Shown here: positions 50,050 through 62,324 of the stretch, piece by piece
How positions within the stretch are numbered: position 1 is the first letter of the stretch
Layout of the letters: every line of letters starts with the position of its first letter
DNA from: Dimorphilus gyrociliatus
Taxonomy: Eukaryota; Animalia; Annelida
DNA length: 64,000 bases
Assembly (NCBI GenBank): GCA_904063045.1
Contig: CAJFCJ010000012.1
Span: forward strand, 1,674,001-1,738,000
Reading direction: 5' to 3'
Notes under the pieces: model-generated
Told to the model about the DNA's origin: nothing
What the model saw: only the letters and a program-made list of their open reading frames with translations
The model's database searches: none
Translations under genes and position numbers: made by a program

Positions 50050-51519
50050 TTATGTTGGAACATTATAAATATGAATATTTCTATCATCCGAAACGGAAAC
50101 AATTTTAGAGCCACTTTGATTATATTTTCCACACCAAACTTGATCTGTATGTTCATAAAATGTATGAACACATTGCCTTGAGCTCAAATCCCAAACTCTA
50201 ACAGTCTTATCAGAGGAACTACAAAAAATTTAAAATAAGTTTCATAAAAAAAATAAAAAACATTTCTAACCATGATACAAAATGCTGATTATCTGGGGAG
50301 AAATCTACATTCAAGACGTAGGAGCCATGACCAGAGAGAGTTCCGGCCAAATTGGCATTTTGTCTGTTAAAATTAACATTTTTTAAAATTCTGACAAGAA
50401 TTATACAGAAATATCTCTTACACATCATAAATTTTAATATGTGAATCATCACTGCCAGTTAATAATAATTGCGAATCGCTTGAAAATGTTAAACCACGAA
50501 TGGGCATAGCATGTCCTTCTAAGGTATGCAATATTTTACCGGCTGTCATATCGAAGATATTCACAATTCCGTCAATAGCCCCACAAGCTATGTATTTACC
50601 ATCAGGACTCTGAAAATTAAAGTTCCATGTATTATTTCCTTTTCAGTCGCATAGTATGAATCTTTTCTTACAAAAGCTAAACTTAAGATGAATTTTCCTC
50701 TGGTCTCTAAGCTAGTCTCTTTATTTCCAGACTCAGCTGACATAATATTAACTTTTCCAGAATAAGTTCCTGACGCAATAAACCGAGAATCCGGGGAATA
50801 GCACACTGACCAAGCGTCAACAGGTCCTGCATCAATTACACGAATTTGTTTACCACTATCGATATCCCACAGTCGAATATGACAATCTAAACTGTTAGAT
50901 ACAGCCCCTAATGAAAAAAGAATTATTTTTTGAAAAAGATTTTTGATAATTTTACTATTTAAGTAAAAACTAATATTACTTGTTCCTAAGGCGTTGATAT
51001 CCACTGATACAACTCCCAATTGATGTCCTTCGCAAACGTGCCTTTGTTCCAACTTATTTTCAGACCTATAAACGTTTAATGTAAAATAGCAAGTGCTTAT
51101 TATAACTTCTATTCACCATCTCCAAATTCGGACGGTATCATCAACAGATCCTGTAACTAAATATTCGTTGCCATCATTTTCACTTTTAGACCATGCACAG
51201 CTCCAAATTCCATCGTCATGAGCTGTTTACAATATTGTATTTGGTATATTTGAGTATAAAATTAAATTATTGTATACAAACCACTTTCTTGTTTGGCATA
51301 TAACGCGTACTATAGAGAAAAAAAATATATAAGATTAATCGAAATAAAGGTTCTTCGCGAAAATTAGATGCTTAAGAGTATAAAGCTTGGCTGAGGTTAA
51401 ACCTCGTATGGAAACAAAGACCTTTAAACGTACTGGAACTAAATATGTTATATGTCACATTCATATAGATATTCTCGAAATTATTCTACAAAATGTACTA
51501 ATATTGCTTAGCTTACCAT
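50050..51519 (-). CDS. WDR61: WD repeat protein 61 / Ski8 (multi-exon; first coding exon is the ATG only)
   Basis: [71 protein letters not shown] and [10 protein letters not shown]...HTDQVW. Confidence 0.96.
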
Positions 51520-51612
51520 ACTTAGAATCGATTAGCCGCTCTTAACCTGGTAGAAAATACTTAGGTAAAAAATCGAATACAAAAAAATTGTTTTTGTTTC
51601 CTGGAAACAAGA

Positions 51613-54056
51613 ATGTCCGGTGGTAAAGAAGAATACGAGGATGATTCCTTCTTTTCTGATGAGAGTGACGATGTAGCACCTATTCGTGTCAGTCCTGAGA
51701 GGTCTTCACTACGAGGTTGGTTTTAAATAGAAAGCAATTTACTACTTTCTTTAACACAAATTCTTCAATTTTCTCACACAGCCTCCTATACAGGGCCATT
51801 ATCAGAGTTAAAAACTATAGAAGAAAATAGCGAGTGTAATACGGAAAGAACAGTTGAATCTTCAAGAAGTTCAGTTCAAGGAGGGTAAGGAAATTTGAAT
51901 AAAGAATGCTAAGATACTTTACAGTTGATTAACTATATAAAGGGATAAATCAACAAGAGGGAGAGAATTAAGATCTCCAGAGGATTTGCTGCCAATATGC
52001 AAGATAAAGGCAGATAATTACTCTGTGGATAAAAAGGTATCTCTCTAACACCTTTTAGAATATTACGATTTATGGCTATTTGAATAATTTTAGACTGATA
52101 AAGCTATAAAAGAATTTATCAAATGTGTCGCCTATTCCCGAATTGTTTACGGTTCCGAAAACTGGAACTACGGAAAGGCTGTCTGTGATTTGGGTGTAGC
52201 ATATTTAGAATTGAAAAGTAAGTAAAGTATTCTTTAGAATCAGAATTGGAATGTATTTTTTTGTAACAAATAACTATTTCTCTTTGTCAGATTGGCCAGT
52301 TCAAGCTCATTATCATTGTAATATTGCTCAAAATATTTTAAAATCGGATGTTCAAGGTCAGGCAACAACAAATTCTTCAGAAATTCTAAAAATATTTCTT
52401 CAAAGCTACTTGACTTGCGGTCGAGCTTTGACCTTAATGAAAAAATATCCTCTTTTTTAAAGAAATTATACAACATTTTAATTAGTTGAAGTGTTTACTT
52501 TTAAAAAATTCAAACTGTTCCTTAACAAATTTGTTTTTAAATTTAACGATGCTGAATCTGCGTTAGAACAAGCTGATAGAGTAGCGGATAAGCGTAGTCA
52601 AATACCTACTGTCCCCGAAGAAGAAATCGACGATTGGAACATTAAAATATACACGGCAGTTGCTAAGTATAAATATTTATTTAGACTTTTTCACCAAATT
52701 ATTTATCTTCTTGTTTATAAATTTAGATTGGCAGCTAAACAGAAGAAGCACGCCAAAGCGTTAACTTATTTTGAAAAAGTTCTAAATATCATTGAAGATA
52801 CCTCAGGTAGAGAAAGTAGCGAGTTAGTTGGAGGTAACATTCACCTATATTTACTTATTCTATTAAAAAGTATATGTATACATGTATAAATACTGTATTT
52901 TCCAAACAGTTTATCAATATATGGGTTCAATTAAATTATGTAACGATAGTCCAACTGACATTGAGAAGGGCATTGAATATTATCACAAGGCGCACAGCAT
53001 CAGTATGACAATGTATGTATAAAAAAATATTAAGATATATCGACCTAATTTATAGAATGATACTTTACAATTTAGTTACAAGGATGGTAGTCTGGAAAGC
53101 GCTGATAGTGCGCGTAAATTAGCAGCTGCCTACGCTTGTTTAGGAACCGAAGATGCTGAAAGTGAATATATTTTAATCAATGTTTATAGGAAAAGAATTT
53201 AGATATTTGTGCGTAATTTTTTCTTTTTCCTTAAATTTGATTCAGTATCTTCGGAGAGTTATCTAAACGAGTGTTTACTAACATATCAAACAAACCTCGG
53301 AGATATTCACGAGAAAACAATTCAAGTACAAGACGATCTGGTTAAACTCATGCTAAGAACCGACAGGAAAGAGGTGATACTCTTAGGGCATATTCTCTTT
53401 TCTCTTATTTTATAAATAATACCAATTATTCTTTTAAATGCTTTTATTTTATTCATTTTAATCAATCTTCGTTTTCTCGTTCTTTGTGATTAGGATGCTC
53501 TTATCTTACTGAGAAAACTGATAGAGCCCAAGTGCGTTGTACACGGTGAATTTTCTGAAGAAGTATCAGAGAGTTACAAGTTAATTGGTTCTGTTTTATT
53601 ATCAAACGGAGAAGATGAAAAAGCGCTTAAAGCTCTAAATAAGGTAATATAAATCTTAATCTTTCGCTAATTGTCAATATGTTTATTATTATTTTTACTA
53701 TTATTAATATTAAATAGTTATTAAATACACCACTCAATTATTCCTCCTTATCCCCGTTTAAATGAAAAAAATTGTCTTTGACAGTGTTATACGATACAAT
53801 GCTTCTCCCATGGCGAAAACGCAAGAAGAACAAAGGATACGAAGAAGACTATTGACATGCTTATCTCGTACGAGTTTCTCATATTACTATATTCTCTTTC
53901 CTATTTTTTATTCTTTTTTATTATATTTAAAGGAACCCCAACTTGGCTGCTGTACACAAGAAGCTCTCAAATAATTTGCAAGATAGGCCTAACTTTAATA
54001 GCGTTGTTTGTCGGAGCAGTAGATTAGGTGGATTTAAGACTGATGCCACCTACTGA
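51613..54056 (+). CDS. TTC23: Tetratricopeptide repeat protein 23-like (multi-exon)
   Basis: IKCVAYSRIVYGSENW, DWPVQAHYHC, GRALTLMKK|FNDAESALEQA, FSEEVSESYKLIGSVLLS and TIDMLISNPN...LQDRP. Confidence 0.85.
52445..52540 (+). other. U12-type intron with AT-AA termini in TTC23
   Basis: 5' end ATATCCTC; perfect branch point TTCCTTAAC at 52518-52526; the intron ends TTTAA at 52540. It has an in-frame stop, and its removal gives MKKFNDAE. Confidence 0.75.
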
Positions 54057-55139
54057 TCTTTAGTGTCTCATAAACTTCTATTACAGAGTGTAATATAAAT
54101 GATATAATATAGCAAATATGTAATAAATTATTTAATATTTATAAAAAAAAAATATTTTAAATCTAAAGTTAATATGAGATTCTTTCTGATAAGTGCAAAT
54201 TATAAACCGACATTGACAGAGAAATGCGCGATAAGCAAATGTTTGTTTATAAAAGTGCAGGAAGCATGCTAATCTGGAAGATTATCTTTTAATCAACCGA
54301 TTATCCTTGGTCTTAATCCCTCAAGACAACCAGATTCTTTGATGGGTCTAGTTTTGTGAAACATTAGGCGATTAAGCTGTTTAACCTTCATTTCCGATAT
54401 CTAACTTATATCTTTGTAAGTGTATGTCTGGTGGCTTTGATGACTGTTACGCAATACTTAAAGGGGTATGGAATAGTTGGTTCTTAATATGTATAAATGT
54501 AGCGGTATGAAAGTTAACGGGAAATTTAAAGAACACCTGCGAAAGATTGTTTACACTACGGAGCCATCTGCATTGGGAAGAGTAACTACGTTTGTTTTAG
54601 TGTTGATTTTTCCCTTCTCTTAAATGCTAGTTACACGCTTTTATGATGTAAACGTTTTCTTTTGGGAGCCTTTTACAATCCGTTGTATGATTTTTTAATG
54701 AGATATCTCCTATTTAAAAGGTTTAACCTCTTTAGTCTCGAATCCTTTTTTTCCCCCTTTTACCACCCTGCCCTCTCTTTCCTCCCATATTTTGTTACAA
54801 TAGGCCTACTTTTCTTAAAATAGCTGATTTCTTAAGATTCACTATTGTTCGATGAAGATAAATGCATTTAATGAAGATAAACAAGAATAGTGGCAAGCCT
54901 GATTTGCGCCTTAATTTGTCAGCAAACTCTGTTTGTAGGCTGCTGTTTGGTGCAGACGAAGTCCAGAAACTGCCAAATCTTGACCTATTGGCCTCGTTTT
55001 TGCAGATTTCCACCCTTATCTTTTCCTATTATCACCCGATTTAGTCATTTATTTCATTATGTCGAGATATAAAAGAGAAATCCATATAACAAATTCAGAG
55101 TTATTTATTATCAAGAACGAATAACTATTCTATATAGAT

Positions 55140-55305
55140 GTTACATAAATATTATTCATATGCATACATACATACATACATTCAGTATAAATATACTGTC
55201 TATGTATATATCCTTCTTTTCTTTTACAACAACTTTTCAAAGCATAAATATACATATATATATCCAGTATATACAGTATATATATACATATATATATATA
55301 TATGT
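55140..55305. repeat. TA/CATA-rich simple repeats in the Hand 3' region
   Basis: Direct reading of catacata and tatata units. Confidence 0.8.
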
Positions 55306-55433
55306 ATTCCTTGAAATTTATACACAAATACAATTTTATCATCGAAAGCATAACCACAAGGAAGAAAAATAAAACAACCGAAGAAAATGTTGAGAAATTT
55401 TTATGTACATATAGGCCTACCAATTAATACAGT

Positions 55434-58400
55434 CTAATTTTTGGAATCTTGACGTAATTCTTTTGCCCAAACTGCTTGCGGCCAGCCGGTTCGCCCTTTG
55501 GACTTTTTCCTTGCACAACTTTGATCCGAACCCTATGGGGAATAAAAAATAAAGTTGAATTAATCATATAAGAAAAATTTCATAATTAATTTAATAAAAA
55601 CATAACAAAATAAGATCAATAATGACAATGGGATAAACGCTTTACAAGAGGGAACAATTAAAAGAAGCGGCAGCTTGTAATCAAGTGACGCCCATCTGCT
55701 AGAGGAGACGCGTATGTAAATAATACTAAAAACAAAGTCACTAATATCATATAACTGATTCAACTTCAAACAGAGAACTATTATAGATAAACATAAAAAA
55801 CAAGTCTGGCGAACGATTAATTTTAAAAAATAACGGTAATTTATATAGTTGTATGAAAAATTGCGTAAATTGTTAATAGTTTATTCTATTAAGATAAATA
55901 TATGCATGTATCCATACACAATATATAGTGTACTGTACTTTGCCAGCTTTTCAAAGATACATATAAAGTATATAAAAAGAAAACAAAAGACCATACTCTG
56001 CGCAATATAATCCGATAGCCTGAAGCGCTGCTGGCGCAAATTTTATTCGATTTAGTTTTCCCGCGTGACGAGCTTGTCAACTCGAATTTATCTTAATGAC
56101 CGAAGCAGAGGCTTATCGCTGCTGAATTTATTTTAATTTTCCATTAAATACCCTTGAAATTAGATTTATATGAAAATCCTATAAAGATGGCTATAAAAAT
56201 GTCTTTTTTTATTCTTTTCTAATAAGTAAAAACTATTGGATTTGCCTTACTCCTTTCATTTGGGTCTCATGTTTACCCCTACTATGTCTTCTTAAACTCT
56301 GACTAGATTCCTAAATTATAAACATTCTTTCCTTATTGTTAGTTTCTTATAGATACATTGAATGGATATTATGTTATTCGTTTAACAAACAGAAATGCAA
56401 ATGATTGTTGAAAGTAATAAGAAACACATTGGGAAACAGATGCGTAAAATGAGGGGATAATTCGACATGTTTTTATAGTTTAGATACGTAAACATATCAG
56501 TAAGAATATGTTTATTTAAATCTATAATAGTTTGAAATCTGGCCCTTTTTCAGACTACTATCTTTTTTATAGCATATTGTAGACGGGGACTAAAGGCTAT
56601 AATAGCATTTTGTATATAGTGTCAAGACCAGGTTAAAGGTATGGAAACGACGAAACACAGAAAACGCGGTTTGTCATCACTGTTTATTTAACTACCCCTT
56701 TCAGTTTGTTCTCGTATGTCCGATTTATATAATGCATTGGTCCGATTGTATACAATAAGTCATTGTATTTATTAAGACAAACAATAATGTTCTTGTTTAT
56801 TTTTTCGTTGATACGAAGGTAAAGTGGTGCTCAGGTTTGTCAGATAACTTTTACATTTATCATCTATTTTCAGTATGTTCCTTAAGTCGGATAATTTTGG
56901 AAGACATACGGAGCATTTCAAATTAAAGTTTTTTTTTCTACTTGAAAACATTGGGAATAGGCCAATGTGTAGTTTGGCATTAAGGCTTAACTGATTCTCA
57001 ATTTTCTCACTAAATTTTTTTTATGTAAGATAAAGCTCTCCCTAATAAGATGTTTTAAAGTACTGTCTCCAACTGGAGAGGGGTTTGATAGGTATGATGC
57101 ATCTGGTTCGCGTGATTTATATGCGCATTTAGCGGACACCCGTTGGCGAACAGTTGCTGCGATATATTTTCTGTTGCTGCGGTATTGAGTTACATTTGGG
57201 ATTTTATTTCAGAGAGGGATAAATGCTCGGACACCCAGTTATATATATATATATATATTCATTTTGTCTCTATCCACTACTTTACATTCTAGTACTTATC
57301 CCCCATCAATATACTACCTATCAAATTTATTTATACGAACTGTTTGAATTTTCAACACTTAAGATCTTCATCATAAAACTTTTAAATTGGACTGAAATTA
57401 TTCCTATATATATCGATAGTCACCGCCTTATTTGCATATATGGCTACTATATTTTACGCGGCTTTCTTAAAGACAAATTCAGCAGATAATGAATCTGAAT
57501 CGGCATTCAAATTTCTATAAGTCACTTTTGTACGCGGAAAGTACAATGGCGCCAAGTCTGTCTTTGATGGCGCCATGAAAGATCTTTCTCTCTCCCCCCC
57601 CCACCCCTGCTTTTCGACTGAATAATTAGGCCTATACAAAGATAGAAGATTTTAACAACCACCTTTCGTAAAAGACTCTTAGAATTATAATAAAAGATAA
57701 ATTAAACGGAGTTTGTAATGCTTTCCTTATCGTTTCTATTTCATAAATTAGTATAGGCAATAACAAAATAACTTTCCATATAAAGAACTTTATAAGGTAA
57801 GACAGAAAGAATTAGCCTATTAGAGAGTGAATTTTAGTTAACCCTGATTCTTTTTTGTAAGAGAGAATTCGTATTCATCTTCTTTTTCTTAAGTCTTTCT
57901 CCCTGTCTATCTATCTCTATATCTGTCTATCTTTCTTGATATCTTTCAGAATATTTTTAAATTGTTTCTCCTTTTATTTATTTTAATTTCGAAAAATTCC
58001 ATTGTGATTTACTTGAAAAAAAAATGAACTATAAACTTCAAAGATGAACATTAACTAAAATGATAAAAAGAGATTACTCATCGTCTACGTTACTTCGTTG
58101 ACGTTAGTTAATAAAATTGTTTCTTAGAGGTATAAATAGGCAAATTAATGTTCTAAATGACCTTTAAATTGAAGGCGAATGATTATGCCTTAAGGGACCG
58201 GCGTTATTCTTTTTAAAATGGACGTGTTTTATGGTAATTTCTTTCGTGACACCGCCTTATTACATAAGAGAATTTTTCAACAATTACTTAACGGTTTAAA
58301 TGAATCGAGACGAAGTTTTTCTACTTTGATGGTAGAAACGATAAGCAAGTGTATCTTTCTACTTCTTACGAAAGATTCAAGCTTAAAACAACAAACTAAA

Positions 58401-59000
58401 TTTAAAATATACAAACCCCCTACAAGGGTAATTTAACTGCGGTAGATACTAAAGCTTATCGTTTCAACGTGGCAAGAGTTTGCATGCATTCACAGCTGTC
58501 TTATTTCCATAATATTTTTTATGTGTAAACTATACCTCTGATTCTTCACTCCCGCTTGCTTCGTCATTCTGTCCTTCTGTTTCATCAACTTGTTCCACTC
58601 GACGTTTTCGACGATGAGAACTATTAACTAGGTCATAAGCTCTAAACGTCTTTTCCGTATCACCACCTAACACGGCCATCAAATGCCCGATATAACTTGT
58701 TGCTAGTCTTAAAGTTTTTATCTTTGATAATTTCGTATCAGCTGGAACATTCGGAATACAACCACGTAGTGCTGCAAAGGCTGTGTTTATGCTGTGAGTT
58801 CTCCTCCTTTCTTTTTTATTTGCTGTATTTCGTTTCCTGGGTGGACGTTCCATTGGGCGGTTATAAATTGGTGTTTGGTGTATGTATTCCATACACGGCT
58901 GCTGCATGACAGGCCAATACTGTCCGTGAACTTCTTCATGACCGGGGCCATAAGTTGGATAAAATTCGCTGTAGGCTGGATATCCCCCGATTACACTCAT
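55434..59000 (-). CDS. HAND: Hand bHLH transcription factor (2 exons, 3003-nt intron)
   Basis: Exon 1 (58536-59000) has [50 protein letters not shown]. Exon 2 (55434-55532) is [32 protein letters not shown], the Hand-specific C-terminal motif. Confidence 0.97.
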
Positions 59001-61256
59001 TCTCAAGTCTCTACTATCTCTTGAAACCTTCTGAACGAACAAACTCGCTGCTTTTAAAGACTAGCAAACGACCTAATTACGCTCATCGCTCATTGGTTGC
59101 TGTTAGTCATACTTGTTTCTGATTGGCTGTTTGAGCTTGGTGTAAAACGAGCGCCATTTGACGGCTTTATTTCGATAGATTGAATAGTTAAATATTGTTT
59201 TTCATTGTACTCATCGACGATTTATCTTTTCTTTTTAAAAAATACTTATAGCACACCTGTTATCGAGATTTTTGTTAAAGATTTGTGCATGCTTTATGCT
59301 TTACCAGCTTCGGGGCATGGGAGGTTCGTCTACCACTAAAAAGTCTTAGTATAAAACCGCAATAATTTAAGCAAGTAATTCCGAAAAGCATGCCTTATCT
59401 GATTAGAGGAAAACGTAAACTGTTTATTCTATGTAAGTATACCAGAACGAACATGGTATTTTTTCCCTATATAAAAAGCCAAAGACACCTGACAAGATAC
59501 CGAACAAATAAACAGACTAAGAAAAACGAAGGAATTGAAAGACGGACAGATAACGACAGTTTTCTAGGCGTCGTGCGGCGTTTAATTCGGAATTAGCAAA
59601 AGTGTCACGATTGTAAAAACGATTCAAAACAGTTAGAAAAAGATAAGGGTTAAAATGGCGGGAAAATTGATTGTAGCAGATAAAAAAAATACGAGCTTTA
59701 ATGACTCTCTTTTTAAAACAAACTCTTCTAAATCAACTTAACTATGGCTTGTGTAGAAGCCAAATAAACATGAGATTTATCCGGGGGCGACAAACTGAAA
59801 GAAAATGCTTAAGTTACCGGCGACCAGCAGCCAAGCAGATCGTCTTATCAACGGTAGATAAGCCGAGTAAATGGGCGGTATTATGAAGCTTCTTATCGTG
59901 TCGCGTTTTACAAACGCCCCATTCCTTCGGTTAGAGACTTTTTAAATGCGTTCATCAGCTCAGTAGTGGTCTTCTATGATTGATGACCATATTCCCAAAC
60001 GCCAATAGACTGAGTCGGGATAAAAGAGACGCTACGAATTCCAAAGTGCGTCTGTTTTTTTCAGAAACTCAAACTCCATATAACGGACATTGGCGGCGCA
60101 ATTCCCTTTGTAGTCGACTCTTTTTATTTTACCCTTGGTCTCTAAGCGAGTACTACATCATTTCTTAATTTTACAACTGTGGTAAATTGACAGTGTGCAG
60201 CGTATTTTTTTTGTACGTTAAAGAAATAATTGTCCACTGCATTTAATTGTCAACTTGGAAAGAAACTTAAATCACAATTGCTTTTATTTGGTTTTAATAG
60301 TTATTGAAACTGTTTAGTTAAAGAATGCGTTGAATATACATAAATTTAATAAATTTCACGGAAAACTAGGTGGCAGATTGATAAGAGACTATAAATTAAT
60401 TTCAATTAATGACCTAAAAATGTTATCCTATCTATCAAAATTATTTCATTAAAAATCTCATTATTCTTATCAAATTTCGATAGAAAAAATTTTAATTTAT
60501 TTCTTAGTTCAATTCGAAAATAATCTTTGTTCCTTTGGAAAGCTGCAGCGTATTGCCATCTTGCGGAGAAATGCAATTTTAAAAGATAACATATATCTGA
60601 TTCATTTACCCCCCTCTTTAATTGTATGTCTACTTAGGACTAGTTGACATTGATGAAGAGATAGCAAAACTCTTTCTAATTACCTCTAAACAGAAACTAC
60701 AAGAAAAACCATAGAAATGACGAGTTTAATAATATGAAAGAGTTAAATTACTAAAAGAATTATTAATAATTCATAATGATGTATGTGAATAATCCTCTGA
60801 TTAATAGAACATAAATATCTTCAAAGAGTGTCCTTTTCCCGTTTCCATGGCATAAACTGTACACTGTAAGATCAATTGAATTTGTCTTTTTTTTATCCAT
60901 TACTAGTGTCTTTTAACTTTTAAGACAAAGGACTTTTCTTACGTATTGCTCTTAATAAGAGAAGATCTACTCACTTTAATTACTTTTTACTGAAGAGAGC
61001 TTTTTTAAACAAATATCTGAGAGATAACTGACATTGAGCAAAAGAAAACGCTAAATATAGATAATCGAAAGGTATTTTGTCTATATTTCTAATACAAACA
61101 TTTAATAATCTTAAGAGTGATTGAATATCTCTTTTAGAAATATTACAAAAAAAGAAATAGGATCTACTTTTATTCTGGAGAGTCAATGTCATTTCGGAAA
61201 ATGATTCCCGCCACAGATATCTTGAGCGATAATTGACATTATTAGAAGTTTGCAAG

Positions 61257-61822
61257 ATGGAATCAAGACCTCTTGTCGCAGCTGGATTTATAATTTATCG
61301 AATTATACAAAACACTCGTCAGTATTTATTATTACAAACATCGTATGGAAAACATCACTGGACACCTCCAAAAGGTTTCTATGAAAGATATATTTAATCA
61401 TTAACCTACTTTTGGTTAAAACCTTTTAAACGTCATCTCAATCTAGGACATGTGGATCCTGGTGAAAGTGAAATGCAAACTGCAATTCGAGAGACAGAAG
61501 AGGAAACTGGTTTGAAAGAGGAAGATTATAACTTAGTTGAAGGTCTCAAAAGAGAGCTGCACTATGAAGTGAATGGTCGATCTAAACGAGTTGTCTATTG
61601 GTACGACGAATATATTTTATATAGTTATTATAGGTAATCTGTTGTAAAAATATATTCCTATTCTTTTACAGGATAGCTCAAATAAAGGAAGGAAAAGAGA
61701 TAAAACTATCCGATGAGCACATTGACTATAAATGGTTGAATATTAAAGATGCTGAAACTTTTGCGAATTACTCAGATATGATTGACGCTTTACGATTTGT
61801 TGATGAGTTTCTTAGCAAATGA
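61257..61822 (+). CDS. NUDT2: Bis(5'-nucleosyl)-tetraphosphatase (Ap4A hydrolase, Nudix), 3 exons
   Basis: LVAAGFIIYR...YLLLQTSYGKHHWTPPKG|HVDPGESEMQTAIRETEEETG (Nudix box)...LSDEHIDYKWL. Confidence 0.96.
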
Positions 61823-61938
61823 AACATTGTCATTTCTTTTATAATTAACCTTCTTGAGGTAATAAATATTATATAACTAGATACAAATTTACCTAAAATC
61901 TATACGAAAGGTTTTTATTTACATCTTTAATATGACAT

Positions 61939-62324
61939 TTAATATCCCTTTCGTCCTCTAAATCTCGTCCTCATATCAAGCTGTAGATAGTATATTTTCA
62001 ATTAAATTAATTTCAAGTAAAATTAATATGTAAAACTACTCACAATCGATCTTTTGCATTCGAAGAAGGCTTGCCTTAAAGCCAAACAGTCATCCGGTAC
62101 AGATTCATGCTTTCCTAACATCAAACATTCTTTGGGAGTGTTTTTGTCCTTTACGAAAAAAATATATTTTTAAACCATAATCAATCATTTTTATGGAAAA
62201 TGCCTACTCTTCTGACACAGGGGCTTTTTAAAAGACACGCCTTTAAATCTTCTCTCAATCCAGAGCATGCTCTGGCCCTATTCTTCTTTTCCTCTTCAGT
62301 TTCTTCTTCGTAATAAGTAGGCAT
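61939..62324 (-). CDS. COA5: Cytochrome c oxidase assembly factor 5 (Pet191 family), 3 exons; missed by the ORF track
   Basis: MPTYYEEE...ACSGLREDLKACLLKSPCVRR|DKNTPKECL...CLALRQAFFECKRSI|LDMRTRFRGRKGY*, with twin CX9C spacing and the family C-terminus. Confidence 0.95.

Noticed and set aside
51313-51516. WDR61 intron 1 (about 200 nt) with a small hairpin (GAGGTTAAACCTC) as a possible snoRNA host
   Set aside because: I could not find convincing C/D or H/ACA boxes or an antisense guide by eye. Needs an Infernal/snoReport search.
52034-52095. TTC23 intron starting GTATCTCT as another possible U12 intron
   Set aside because: The donor deviates at +6 and there is no CCTTAAC-type branch point, so it is treated as U2.
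54795-55423. Several 60-97 aa ORFs between TTC23 and Hand
   Set aside because: Overlapping on both strands, low complexity or TA-repeat derived, with no splice support. Likely 3'UTR or regulatory DNA.
60980-61255. 91-aa minus-strand ORF divergent from NUDT2
   Set aside because: Non-ATG start, AT-rich composition and no recognisable domain. It cannot be fully excluded without RNA data.
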